DNA of 64,000 nt from assembly GCA_965219085.1 (NCBI GenBank), contig OZ244720.1:2656001-2720000 (forward strand). Reading direction: 5' to 3'. A program made the position numbers and the translations under genes. Below, piece after piece: positions 46,422-56,088 of the stretch (positions are counted from its first letter, which is position 1; every line of letters starts with the position of its first letter). This DNA is from Dehalococcoidia bacterium. GTDB taxonomy: Bacteria; Chloroflexota; Dehalococcoidia; UBA2979. The notes under the pieces were generated by a model. That model saw nothing but the letters and a program-made list of their open reading frames with translations. It made no database searches and had not been told where the DNA came from.

Positions 46422-47174
46422 ATGACGCCGCCTGCTGTGCTGTTGCCGCCGTACCGTTTCCCGGCGTGGTTCTTCGTGCGCTGGCTGTGGACCGTGCTCG
46501 TGCTGCGTCGGCGTCGGCACCCCGGCCGAGACGCCCTCGAGATGCTCGCGGGCCAACCGCAGCCGCGCGTCGAGGGCATCGAGCGGGTGCCGACGACGGG
46601 GCCGTGCGTGTTGGCGATGAACCACTACGAGCGGCCGGGGCTGCGCGTGTGGTGGGGCGTCGCGCTGATGAACGCGGCGGTATGGCAGCACCGCGGCGAC
46701 CCGCCGATGCGCTGGCTCATGACCGACCGCTTCGAGGGCTTCCGCGCGGGCATCCGCTGGCCTGACGCGATCATGGGGTGGCTCCTCGGCCGCATCGCGT
46801 GGGCGTACGGGCACATGCTCGTGCCGAAGCCGACCGGCGACGCCGCCCCGCGCGCGCTCGTGCTCCGCGAGGCGAGGCGCGCGCTGCGCGACGGCGGTGT
46901 GGTCGGCGTGACGCCGGAGGCGGCCAGCGGCTTCGGCTCGGAACTCGCGGCGGCCTGGCCGGGGTCCGGCGCGGCCCTCGCGTGGCTGTCGGGCGGGTCC
47001 GTACCAATCGTCCCGGTCGCGTTCTTCGAGGACGATGAGGCGCGACTCGTCGCCCGCGTCGGCGAGCCGTTCACCCTCGATCGCGTGGGCGACGATGAGG
47101 GCGCCGAGGCGGTGATGGGTGCGATCGCGGCCTTGCTGCCGCCCGAGTTGCGCGGGCGGTACGGCAGCGCGTGA
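46422..47174 (+). CDS. PlsC-like acyltransferase, atypical catalytic motif
   Basis: VEGIERVP..GP.VLAMNH, VTPE, PIVPV, VGEPF. Confidence 0.7.
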   Translation: MTPPAVLLPPYRFPAWFFVRWLWTVLVLRRRRHPGRDALEMLAGQPQPRVEGIERVPTTGPCVLAMNHYERPGLRVWWGVALMNAAVWQHRGDPPMRWLMTDRFEGFRAGIRWPDAIMGWLLGRIAWAYGHMLVPKPTGDAAPRALVLREARRALRDGGVVGVTPEAASGFGSELAAAWPGSGAALAWLSGGSVPIVPVAFFEDDEARLVARVGEPFTLDRVGDDEGAEAVMGAIAALLPPELRGRYGSA

Positions 47175-47207
47175 CCGATCTGCCGTAGCATCGTCTGCCC
47201 CCAGTAG

Positions 47208-48671
47208 ATGGCGCACTGGGATGGCGCGGAGGGCCCAGTGGCAAGCGACGCAGCGAGTACGTGGCGGCCGTTGCGGGTGAAGCTCGCCTACTCGGCGGGC
47301 AACTTGCCGGGCCAGGTGATCTCGCAAGCGTTCGCGCTGTGGCTCATCTTCTTCTACGCACCACCCGCCGGCGAGGACGCCCCGACGTTCATCCCCTCGC
47401 TCGGCCTGCCCGACCTCGACCTCGGGCTGTTCGCGCTGCCGGACGAGCTCGCGCCTAGGGTGCTACTCGGTCTCACGCTGACCATCGCGGGCATCGTCGA
47501 GGCGTTCGACGACCCGATCATCGGCTACCTGACGGACCGCACGAAGTCGCGGTGGGGGCGTCGCATCCCGTACGTCGTGCTGGCGACGCCGTGGTGGGCG
47601 TTCCTGTTCTTCCTGCTGTTCGTGCCGCCGTTCGGTGACGGCAGCATCGCGAACCTGCTGTGGCTGGTCGTGGTGCTCGAGGGCTACTGGCTGGCCAGCA
47701 ATATCTCAGGCGCTCCGCTCGAGGCGCTCATGCCGCACATTGCGAAGAGCCATGCGGACCGCGTATCGGTGGCCTCGATGCAGCTCGTGTTCGGCATCCT
47801 CGGCGCGTTCATCGGGCTCGCGGTCAGCTCGGTGCTGATCGACATCGTCGGGTTCCCGACGATGGCGGGCATCCTCGCGGTCGTCGCGTTCGTTGGGCGC
47901 TACGCGTCGTTGGCGGGGTGCTGGGACTACGCGCGGACGGACGACGAGCCCTCGACGCCCGGACTCGTGCGGTCGGTGCGCGAGACGCTCTCGAACCCGC
48001 ACTTCATCGCGTTCCTGCCGGGCTTCATCTTCTTCCGCATCGCGCAGATCATGATCACCGCGTGGATCCCCTTCTACGTCGCCGCAGTACTCGGGGATGT
48101 CGAGGCGTTCGGGTTCAGCGGCGCGGAGGACGAGGGCGCGTTCACGTCGGCGATGACGGCGCTGATCATCCTCGGGGTGCTGGCGGGGATCGCGATCTTC
48201 GCGCCGCTCGCGCGGCGCGCTGGCAAGGCGCGCGCGTTCCGCGTGTCGATGCTGTGGGGGGCGGCGACGCTGTTCCTGCTGTTCTTCGTCGGGTTCGTGC
48301 CGGGCGTGCCGAAGCTGGTGCAGACCGCCGTGACCGTGCTGTTCGCCGCCTTCCCGCTAGCCGGCGTGTTCATGCTGCCCAACATCCTCATCGCCGACAT
48401 CGTCGACCACGACGCGGAGCGCACCTCGACGCGTCGCGAGGGGATGTTCTACGGCACGCAGAACCTGCTGGAGAAGAGCGCCTCGGCGTTCGCGCCGCTG
48501 ATCTTCGCGCTCGTGTTGCTGGCCGGCGACAGCGCCGAGGACCCCCTCGGCATTCGCCTCGTCGGCCCCGTGGGCGGCGTGCTGCTCCTCATCGGCTGGT
48601 TCTCGTTCCGCCGCTACGCGCTGTACGACGATGTGCGCGGTGGCCAGGCGAGCGAGGTCGATGCAGGGTAG
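47208..48671 (+). CDS. GPH/MelB-type MFS symporter
   Basis: DPIIGYLTDRTKSRWGRRIPY, ADIVDHD, RREGMFYG. Confidence 0.88.
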   Translation: MAHWDGAEGPVASDAASTWRPLRVKLAYSAGNLPGQVISQAFALWLIFFYAPPAGEDAPTFIPSLGLPDLDLGLFALPDELAPRVLLGLTLTIAGIVEAFDDPIIGYLTDRTKSRWGRRIPYVVLATPWWAFLFFLLFVPPFGDGSIANLLWLVVVLEGYWLASNISGAPLEALMPHIAKSHADRVSVASMQLVFGILGAFIGLAVSSVLIDIVGFPTMAGILAVVAFVGRYASLAGCWDYARTDDEPSTPGLVRSVRETLSNPHFIAFLPGFIFFRIAQIMITAWIPFYVAAVLGDVEAFGFSGAEDEGAFTSAMTALIILGVLAGIAIFAPLARRAGKARAFRVSMLWGAATLFLLFFVGFVPGVPKLVQTAVTVLFAAFPLAGVFMLPNILIADIVDHDAERTSTRREGMFYGTQNLLEKSASAFAPLIFALVLLAGDSAEDPLGIRLVGPVGGVLLLIGWFSFRRYALYDDVRGGQASEVDAG

Positions 48672-48732
48672 CGGGGGGCAGGACTGTCGCCAGGGTCACA
48701 GGCTGAGTAGTGCCCGGGTAGCCCGTACTATC

Positions 48733-48742
48733 GTAATATTAC
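48733..48742. promoter_or_regulatory. perfect AT-rich palindrome containing a -10-like hexamer
   Basis: GTAATATTAC, 7 nt before the ATG at 48750. Confidence 0.5.
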
Positions 48743-48749
48743 AAACTCG

Positions 48750-51116
48750 ATGGCCATCGCGTATGAGCGGATCGAATACTCGGAGGGACCTGCCGTGGCG
48801 TGGGATTTCTTGGACGACATTCCGATGGATAAGAGCTACACGCTCGATCAGCTCACGGGCCGCTTCCAGTCCATGAGTAACGGGCTCCCGGAGCTCGTCA
48901 AGAACTCCAAGGACCAGTACATGAGACTGGGAGTGGATGAGCGCTCAGACCGACAGATTCTCGTGATCGCCTCTCCGACTCACGGAACGCTTGGTGTGAT
49001 CGATTTTGCGGGAGCTGGATTGGCGGATTTCGACGGTTGGCTAACCTGGTCGAGCCGCACGGCGGGTCGTGGCGACCTTTCTGGTGATATCGAAGCAGGG
49101 CACGGGAATGGCGGAAAGGCGTTCATGGTGCGTGGCTCCTCGGGCGAGTCCTTCATGGAGTCCTGCGCACTGGGCAAGCGAACGAAGATGGGCTTCGATA
49201 GCTCCTCCTCACGGTATCTATACATTCCGGCTTACGCTCGGGAGGGCAGCGTACAGGTCAAGGACGTAGACGAGAATGACGTTGTCGGTCGACTCGCTGA
49301 TGTGCTCACGGCCTTTGGCTTGGAATTCTCGGAAATCCCACCAGCGTGTCAGCGAGCGTTCGAACAAAGAAATGCCTTCACAGCTGTCGTGATCGGGGAC
49401 GTGCGGGACTGGCGAGGACGGAGAGCGCAGACTGTACAGCGACTCGCCGCCGAGATCCCCGAGGCCCTGTCCACGCACGCGCAAGCTTCGCTCACTATCG
49501 AGATGTGCGAGGTCCTGGTCATGGCAGGGAGCCAAGTCATCACGCCCGGACCGATCTCAGTCGAGTACCCCGATCCACGTGGGGGCTTCGAGGACCTGCC
49601 GCTGATTTCAGTGCCGAGCAGGTTGCCAGACCCCCGGACCAGAGAGCAGGTTTCCACCCTCGGTGAGCGGGGAGGCTCGGGGTCACTTCAGCTGCGAACG
49701 AGTGCCACCCACTTGCGCATGTCGGATCGGAACAAACCGCTAAACGTGATCAGGGTGCGCAACGCCCGCAACATCGTGGGCTCCTGGACCTTGGCCGACT
49801 TGGCACCGATTGCGGAGTCGGCCTTCGTCTACGGCGTGCTCTCGCTCCCCGCATTGAGAGGTGAACATCTCGCCGGCGCCGACCGGATGGGATTCGCCGA
49901 TACACCGCTGGTCCGCGCGGTGGCGAGCTGGCTGTCGGAACAGGTCGAGGATCTAGCGGAGCGAATCCGGGCCGCCAACGCAGCGCAGAACAGGCCCGAA
50001 GATCACGAGAAGGCGACGAACGCACTCGACAAGATGCGCGATCTGATGCGGAAGTATGTCGAGGCGAATAGGCCTGACGCTGGCCGTGGGCACGGTGAAG
50101 GGGAAGGCCAGGAAGGCCCGTTCCCTCCGCCACCGCCCGGTCCTCAGTGGGGCACAAGCGTTGACGAGATCGTACTTGAGCAAGGCAGCGATATGATCGC
50201 AGCGGCGGTCGGCACACAGGTTCCCCTAGTGTTCAGGGCTTACGAGATCACCGATTCAGGCGAGCGCCACCCGGTACGGCACGCAGAACTGGTTCTTGAG
50301 GCCGACGTTCCGGGGATAGTTGATCTTGAAGGGCGCGCTTTGCAAGTATTGAGTGAGGGCGCCACCGACGTGCGCCTTGTATCGCTCGACACGGGAGCAC
50401 GCTCAGATACAGTTCTTGTGGAGGCTGTTGTTTGCACCGGCGTGGACATCATCCCGCCCGGCGATCAATTGAAGCGGGGTCAGCGGTCACGGCTGACCGC
50501 GTCGTTCCATACTCCGTCAGGACACCGGACGGATCTGCTGATGCAAGCTTGGGTCGATGAAACAGACATGGGTACCTTGGGACGCACAGGTTACTTTACG
50601 GCCGGGTACTTGGAAGGCACCGCGACTTGTGCCGTACGCTATGGCGAGGCCAGGATCGATGTTCAGCGTGAGTTCGTAAACATCGGGCCAGAGGTCGCCG
50701 AGCGGCCTGGCGTCGGTGGGAGCGACATTCCGCTCATCCTGCTTTGTAGAACAGATGCTCCTGGCACCGAGGATCGCACCGCCGAGCAACGGACGCATCC
50801 GGGAGGGCCCGAGCACGCTACCATTATTGAGGAACCTCAGTGGCCTAACGTCGTTTGGATCAACCCTGAGAGTCAGGAAAGTCGGCGAGTTCGGCGGCGA
50901 GGGCCCGTAGGCCAAACGAGGATCACTACAAAGACGTACACTCAGTTCTTGGCGCTGAAGTGCTTCGAGATACTGAAGCGCCTGATAGTCCGCTCGGCCT
51001 TAGCTGGGGAGCGCGTTACTGAGGTGCGCTACACTGCTGAACTCACGCAGGCCGAGATGGATGCCGCAGGGTTCATCGATGACGCATATGCACTTGCCGA
51101 CGAGTTGACCCAGTGA
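48750..51116 (+). CDS. GHKL (MORC/Hsp90-like) ATPase with two Ig-like domains
   Basis: N-box LPELVKNSKD, G1 VIDFAGAG, G2 GHGNGGKA; helical segment, poly-Pro linker, two Big_2-like repeats, C-terminal VVWINP region. Confidence 0.75.
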   Translation: MAIAYERIEYSEGPAVAWDFLDDIPMDKSYTLDQLTGRFQSMSNGLPELVKNSKDQYMRLGVDERSDRQILVIASPTHGTLGVIDFAGAGLADFDGWLTWSSRTAGRGDLSGDIEAGHGNGGKAFMVRGSSGESFMESCALGKRTKMGFDSSSSRYLYIPAYAREGSVQVKDVDENDVVGRLADVLTAFGLEFSEIPPACQRAFEQRNAFTAVVIGDVRDWRGRRAQTVQRLAAEIPEALSTHAQASLTIEMCEVLVMAGSQVITPGPISVEYPDPRGGFEDLPLISVPSRLPDPRTREQVSTLGERGGSGSLQLRTSATHLRMSDRNKPLNVIRVRNARNIVGSWTLADLAPIAESAFVYGVLSLPALRGEHLAGADRMGFADTPLVRAVASWLSEQVEDLAERIRAANAAQNRPEDHEKATNALDKMRDLMRKYVEANRPDAGRGHGEGEGQEGPFPPPPPGPQWGTSVDEIVLEQGSDMIAAAVGTQVPLVFRAYEITDSGERHPVRHAELVLEADVPGIVDLEGRALQVLSEGATDVRLVSLDTGARSDTVLVEAVVCTGVDIIPPGDQLKRGQRSRLTASFHTPSGHRTDLLMQAWVDETDMGTLGRTGYFTAGYLEGTATCAVRYGEARIDVQREFVNIGPEVAERPGVGGSDIPLILLCRTDAPGTEDRTAEQRTHPGGPEHATIIEEPQWPNVVWINPESQESRRVRRRGPVGQTRITTKTYTQFLALKCFEILKRLIVRSALAGERVTEVRYTAELTQAEMDAAGFIDDAYALADELTQ

Positions 51117-51129
51117 AGGTGAGGCCACG

Positions 51130-51798
51130 ATGCCCCCGACGGCTGCACAGGTCGTTGTGCTTGCCGCTGTAGACCTCGTTGATACGGGGAGTGACGAATT
51201 CTCCGAGTGGGACTTGACCGTCGCGGCCTGGAAGCGCGACGCCAGTCGCTTCGGATGCCGCGGATACGAAGATCTCTATCCGGACCACAAGCGTGTGATG
51301 ATGGAGATCATGAGCCGGAAGAAGAAGGATAACCCGCTGCGTCGAGGCTGGATGGAGAAGGTACGGCCGAACTACTACCGGGTTACTCCGCTGGGGGTCG
51401 CTGAAGCTCGAAGGATCGGCGGATCTGGCCTGACTCCGTCGGCAGCTCCGGCGCCTCACGCGGTGTACGATGCTGTAATCCGTTACGTGGAGCATCCAGT
51501 TTTTCGTCGCTACCTTGAGGACAGCGATGAGCCAAGATCATGGGTGAGTGCCGCGTCATTCTTGAATCTCAATCAAATGACCGCCCTTGAGCTGGATGAC
51601 ACCTTGCGAGCAGCCTCAGGGGCGGCACGGGCGGCGTGCGAGTGGTTCCGAGAGTCAGGGGAGGTCACCCTTCGGAGGGGCCAAGGCGGTGGCGGACGAT
51701 CGATCCTGCGAGCCGAAGTAGAGCGGCTCCCGGAGTTCCTTGGTACCCTCGAGGCGCGTTTCGCCCCCCAGATGGAGGCACTCCGCGAGCGCACTTGA
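51130..51798 (+). CDS. hypothetical protein with N-terminal winged-helix-like domain
   Basis: DLTVAAWK...FGCRGY...YPDHKRV...GWMEKVRPNYYRVTPLG ends like a wHTH wing; RBS GAGG; 13 bp after the ATPase. Confidence 0.65.
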   Translation: MPPTAAQVVVLAAVDLVDTGSDEFSEWDLTVAAWKRDASRFGCRGYEDLYPDHKRVMMEIMSRKKKDNPLRRGWMEKVRPNYYRVTPLGVAEARRIGGSGLTPSAAPAPHAVYDAVIRYVEHPVFRRYLEDSDEPRSWVSAASFLNLNQMTALELDDTLRAASGAARAACEWFRESGEVTLRRGQGGGGRSILRAEVERLPEFLGTLEARFAPQMEALRERT

Positions 51799-51827
51799 GG
51801 AAGCGACTGCTTGGGATGCAACGATCT

Positions 51828-52810
51828 CTATTGGAGTGAGATGTCGCGGAAACGTGCCTCCGAAGTCGCGGCGTACGTCTCGTCAGCTTCGATAGCTAGC
51901 CATCTACGCTCGAGCGATTCCGCGACAAAGCCTGTAGTGTTACTGCCGGCGAACGGATCTAAGATAGTGTCACCGGGATCAGTAACGAACTTCACAAAGA
52001 ACTCTACGAGCTTCTGCGGCATTCGGGCGGGATGTGGATCTAACCCGTGCTTTCGACAGAACTCTTGGTAAGGATCGGCCGATCGAGTATTTGCGATCGG
52101 CAGGACGTCGTAGAGATCCATTAGGAGATCCTCAGCTGGTGGCGCCAAGACGTTCGGTGGAACGGCACCACCGCGATCGTTCAGGAACGATGTCTGTCCT
52201 ATCAGGTGCTCTGACGGTCGAGTTCCAGCGTTGTACGTGCCACGCCGCAGTAGACGCTTCATGGCGTCGCTATACTCTGTAAGGACGTGATGGTTATCTG
52301 CTTTCGGGCGCTCACTCGGAGCGAGCCACCACACACGTGTGAAGGCATCCTTTACGCGGATGTGCTCGACGTTCACCCATTGGACGGGTGATGGTAGACG
52401 GGCAGGGTTGAAGCAGATGAACTCTTGGCAAAGATGGAGCCCGGCGGATTCTTGAAATTCGAGAAGAGCCTTGAGCGGAAGGGTCGACATGGTCGGACTT
52501 CCTGGCTCCCAAGCGTTGCCTATTCGAGCACAATCGATCCATCAGGGGCCACATAGTCGCGGAACGTACTCGCAAATGAGGCGAGCCACGTCACATATGC
52601 TCGACCGGTGAGATTGCCGTACTTCTTCTTGCGATTGAGTGGGAAAGGTGGCGAGGTCAAGATGAGCTGTATGTGCTTGCGGTGTGCAGTGATTGGTTCT
52701 GCTTCAAGCAATGACTCTGCTTTGCCATAGAACATTGAGCCGCGGTGCGTGGAGTACAGAGGCTCCGCCGGGCGGGGGGATCTAGGCACCGCGAGCAACC
52801 TGCCTGCCAC
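51828..52810 (-). pseudogene. beta-class N4/N6 DNA methyltransferase (M.PvuII-like) split by a 1-nt frameshift
   Basis: LTSPPF in the 5' part; HPARMP and LDPFAGSNTTG in the 3' part. GAATAGGC near 52520 reads E-I-G-N-A-W if one A is restored. Confidence 0.88.
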
Positions 52811-52948
52811 AACAGCTGGCAGTCAGCGGCGGGTAGGCTAGGGCGGACAGCCAGTGCATGCGTGCACCGTATCACGCCGCCCCGCGCGGGCGCGATGTAG
52901 ACTGCGCCCCGGCCCGCCGCGCGGCGGGCGCTTCGAAAGGACGACGCG

Positions 52949-53908
52949 ATGCCGCTACATCCACAGGCGCAGGCATTCCTCGAAGTGGTCGAGGCAGCCA
53001 ATGCCGCGCTCCCGCCGCTCGAGGAGCGCGACCCGGCAACGTGGCGGCAAGAGGGCCTCGACCTGGCCGCGCAGGCGCGCGACCTGCCGTTCAGCCCGCC
53101 CGTCCACGCCGAGACCGACCGCACGATCCCGGGCCCGGCCGGTGACATCCCGGTGCGCGTGCTCACGCCGGCCGCGGGCGGCCCCTACCCCGTGCTCGTG
53201 TGGTTCCACGGCGGCGGCTGGGTACTCGGCGGGCTCGACGGCGGCATCCACGCGCTGCGGCTGCTCGCCAACGTCGCGAACTGCGTGATCGTCTCGGTCG
53301 ACTACCGGATGGCGCCCGAGCATCGCTTCCCCGCGGCCGTCGACGACTGCCTGACCGCGACGCGGTGGGTGGCCGCGCACGCCGCCGAGGTCGGCGCGGA
53401 CCCGTCGCGCATCGCCGTCGGCGGGGACAGCGCGGGCGGCAACCTCGCCGCGGTCGTGGCGCAGCTGGCGCGTGACGGCGGGCCGGACCTCGCGTTCCAG
53501 CTCCTCGTCTGCCCCGTCACGGACTCGGACTTCTCGCGCAAGTCGTACATCTCGAACAACGAGGGCTACCTGCTCAGCACCGAGATGATGGAGTGGTTCT
53601 GGGCGCAGTACATGGGCCCCGACGGCGACCGCACCGACCCGCGCGTCGCGCCGATGCGCACCGAGGACCTCGGCGGCCTGCCGCCCGCGCACGTCATCGC
53701 CGCCGAGTACGACCCGCTCGCCGACGAAGCCGTCGCGTACGCCGAGGCGATGGAGGCCGCAGGCGTCGACGTGACGCTCGTGGTGGCCGAGGGGCACATC
53801 CACGACTACGTGATGAACCTCGGGATCATCGACGACGCCGAGACCGCCATCGCCGACGTGGCGCGCAACATGACGCGGGCGTTCCAGCTCGCCGGAAGCG
53901 AGGACTGA
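52949..53908 (+). CDS. HSL-family esterase/lipase
   Basis: HGGGW, DYRMAPEH, GDSAGGNL, YDPL, HIH. Confidence 0.93.
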   Translation: MPLHPQAQAFLEVVEAANAALPPLEERDPATWRQEGLDLAAQARDLPFSPPVHAETDRTIPGPAGDIPVRVLTPAAGGPYPVLVWFHGGGWVLGGLDGGIHALRLLANVANCVIVSVDYRMAPEHRFPAAVDDCLTATRWVAAHAAEVGADPSRIAVGGDSAGGNLAAVVAQLARDGGPDLAFQLLVCPVTDSDFSRKSYISNNEGYLLSTEMMEWFWAQYMGPDGDRTDPRVAPMRTEDLGGLPPAHVIAAEYDPLADEAVAYAEAMEAAGVDVTLVVAEGHIHDYVMNLGIIDDAETAIADVARNMTRAFQLAGSED

Positions 53909-53909
53909 G

Positions 53910-54449
53910 ATGGGCAGTATGCCTGCGGACGCGGGGATACCCCGCCGGGCGCCTGCGGACGCGGGGATACCCCGCCGGCGAGCCGAAGGCTGGGTGAAGC
54001 GCCTGGACGCGGCGTTCGAGGGTGACGCCGCGTCCGTCATCGCCAACCTCGCGACCGTTCGCGAGGAGGACTGGACGTGGCTGCCGCCCGGCGGCGCCCG
54101 CTCGATCCGCGACCTCGTCCAGCACATCGGCAGCTCGAAGCTGTTGTACGCGGACGCCGCCTTCGCCGACGGCAAGCTCGGGTTCGACGACCCGATCGTC
54201 GAGGGCGAGGGGTCGCTCGGCACGGTCGGGCTGGGGGTCGCGTGGCTGCGCGCGGCGCATGCCGCGCTGCGCGCGGGCGTCGCCACGCTCGACGACGCTG
54301 CCCTCGACGCCGAGATCGGCATGCCGTTCGGCCGCACCGCGAACGCCGAGGAGATGCTGGATCAGCTCGCGCGGCACGAGGTCTACCACACGGGCGAGAT
54401 CAACCACCTGCGCGCCCTCGCGCAGGACGACGACGCATGGGCCTGGTAG
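53910..54449 (+). CDS. DinB family protein
   Basis: RSIRDLVQH...HEVYHTGEINHLR. Confidence 0.85.
   Translation: MGSMPADAGIPRRAPADAGIPRRRAEGWVKRLDAAFEGDAASVIANLATVREEDWTWLPPGGARSIRDLVQHIGSSKLLYADAAFADGKLGFDDPIVEGEGSLGTVGLGVAWLRAAHAALRAGVATLDDAALDAEIGMPFGRTANAEEMLDQLARHEVYHTGEINHLRALAQDDDAWAW
53921..53978 (+). repeat. 30-bp-period tandem duplication with internal palindrome
   Basis: GCCTGCGGACGCGGGGATACCCCGCCGG at 53921 and 53951. Confidence 0.9.
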
Positions 54450-54468
54450 CGCAGGCAGCACGCGGGGG

Positions 54469-55422
54469 CTAGAAGACGGCGCGGCTGTCGAGGTCCTCGG
54501 AGGACATCGGCTCCGCGAAGACCTCGGGGACGGGGCCGTCGCCCCACCACTCGATCTCGGGTTGCAGGCGCACGCCCGCATGGTCGAGCACGCGGCGTTG
54601 CACCTGCGCCATGAGCTCGACCATGTCGGCCGTGGTCGCGGTGCCGTCGTGGACGAAGAAGTTGGCGTGCAGCTCGCTCACCGTCGCAGCGCCGACCGCG
54701 AGCCCCTTGCACCCCGCCGCCTCGATGAGCCGCCCCGCGTAGTCGCCCTCGGGGTTGCGGAAGACCGAGCCGGCGTTCGGGCCGGCGGTCGGCTGCGTGG
54801 CCTGGCGGTGTTCGAGGAGCGTGCGCAGCTCGGCCTCGATCTCCTCCTTGGGGCGCGGCTGCAGCCGCAGCGTCGCGCCGAGCACCATCACGCCCGCCCC
54901 GCGCAACGATGAGCGCCGGTAGCCGAAGAACAGCTCGCTGCGCGGAATCGTCGAGCGCCCGCGCCCGCCGAGCACCTCGACCTCCTCGACGAGCAGGCCG
55001 ACCGAGCGGCCGTCGCCGATGCCCGCGTTGCTGTTGAGCGCCCCGCCGACCGCGCCCGGTATGCCGATCGCGAACTCGAGCCCGCCGAGGCCGCGCTCGG
55101 CCGCCGCGCGGCTGAGCGCGGGCAGCATCACCGCCGCCCCGGCCACGACGCGCTCGCCGATGAACGTGAACGATCCGGCCGCCCGCCTAAGCGAGACGAC
55201 GAGCGCGTCGATGCCCTCGTCGGCGACAAGCAGGTTGGAGCCCCCGCCGAGCACGCGCAGCGAGAGCCCCTCGGCGCGCGCCCAGCCGAGCAGCTGCTGC
55301 AACTGCTCGATGTCCTCGGGAATCGCGAGGTAGCGCGCGGGGCCGCCGAGGCGCAGGTAGGTGTGCCGCGCGAGCGGCGCGTGCTCGTGCACCTCGATGT
55401 CAGCGGGAGGGGGTGCGGTCAT
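54469..55422 (-). CDS. murB: UDP-N-acetylmuramate dehydrogenase
   Basis: GGPA, LGGGSNLLV, GLEFAIGIPG, NAG, YRRS, AGSVFRNP, HANF. Confidence 0.93.
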   Translation of the reverse strand: MTAPPPADIEVHEHAPLARHTYLRLGGPARYLAIPEDIEQLQQLLGWARAEGLSLRVLGGGSNLLVADEGIDALVVSLRRAAGSFTFIGERVVAGAAVMLPALSRAAAERGLGGLEFAIGIPGAVGGALNSNAGIGDGRSVGLLVEEVEVLGGRGRSTIPRSELFFGYRRSSLRGAGVMVLGATLRLQPRPKEEIEAELRTLLEHRQATQPTAGPNAGSVFRNPEGDYAGRLIEAAGCKGLAVGAATVSELHANFFVHDGTATTADMVELMAQVQRRVLDHAGVRLQPEIEWWGDGPVPEVFAEPMSSEDLDSRAVF

Positions 55423-55515
55423 GGTTCGTATGGTAGGGGAGGGACCGGATGGCGGCTGGCGACCAGGGTGAGGGCAGCGTCCCGAGGACGCGGCCTATGG
55501 TTTGATGCCACCAGC

Positions 55516-55734
55516 GGGCAGGCGCACGCGAACGGCATCGAGAGCTTCTGCTCGATGCTCGAGCGCGGCTACTACGGGACGTACCACCGGATGAGCCCGA
55601 AGCTCCTGGCGCGCTACGTCGCCGAGTTCTGGGGCCGCCACAACATCCGCGACCTCGACACCATCACACAGATGGCCGTCGTCTCACGCGCGATGGTGGG
55701 CCGCCGCCTCACCTACGAGCGGCTGATCAACTGA
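55516..55734 (+). mobile_element. IS1595-family transposase, C-terminal fragment
   Basis: HANGIESF.SML.RGYYGTYHRMSPK.L.RYVAEF.GRHN...GRRLTY; N-terminal part absent. Confidence 0.85.
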
Positions 55735-55914
55735 GGCGTGACAGTTTGGGTAGATCGGGCGTAGGCCGATGACTAGGGTGAGATTTGGCGCGGGGGCGTG
55801 CCACCTGCTCGGGGCCGAAAAGCCTGTCCGGGTGGGAAACCCCACTCCCCCGCGCCATCCAAACACACTGTAAACTACGTGCCGGTCAGCGCCAGACTCC
55901 GACCGCGCCGATTG

Positions 55915-56088
55915 TCAATCGTGCCGCTCATCAGCGTTGCGCCACCAGTTAGCGATGATCAGTCCGGCAAGAAACGCCACGAGGATCGGCCCGAGTGCCT
56001 TGAAGATGGCGAAGGCGACGAACGCTGCAATGGCGAGGCCGATCGCACCGAGGACGGCGATGGTCACCCATGCCGTTACCTCGCTCAC
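55915..56088 (-). CDS. small membrane protein (57 aa)
   Basis: GTGA overlap with the upstream stop; two hydrophobic stretches. Confidence 0.55.
   Translation of the reverse strand: MSEVTAWVTIAVLGAIGLAIAAFVAFAIFKALGPILVAFLAGLIIANWWRNADERHD

Noticed and set aside
53921-53978. CRISPR array (GCGGGGATA resembles type I-E repeat ends)
   Set aside because: Only two copies 2 nt apart, no spacer, inside a CDS, and no cas genes.
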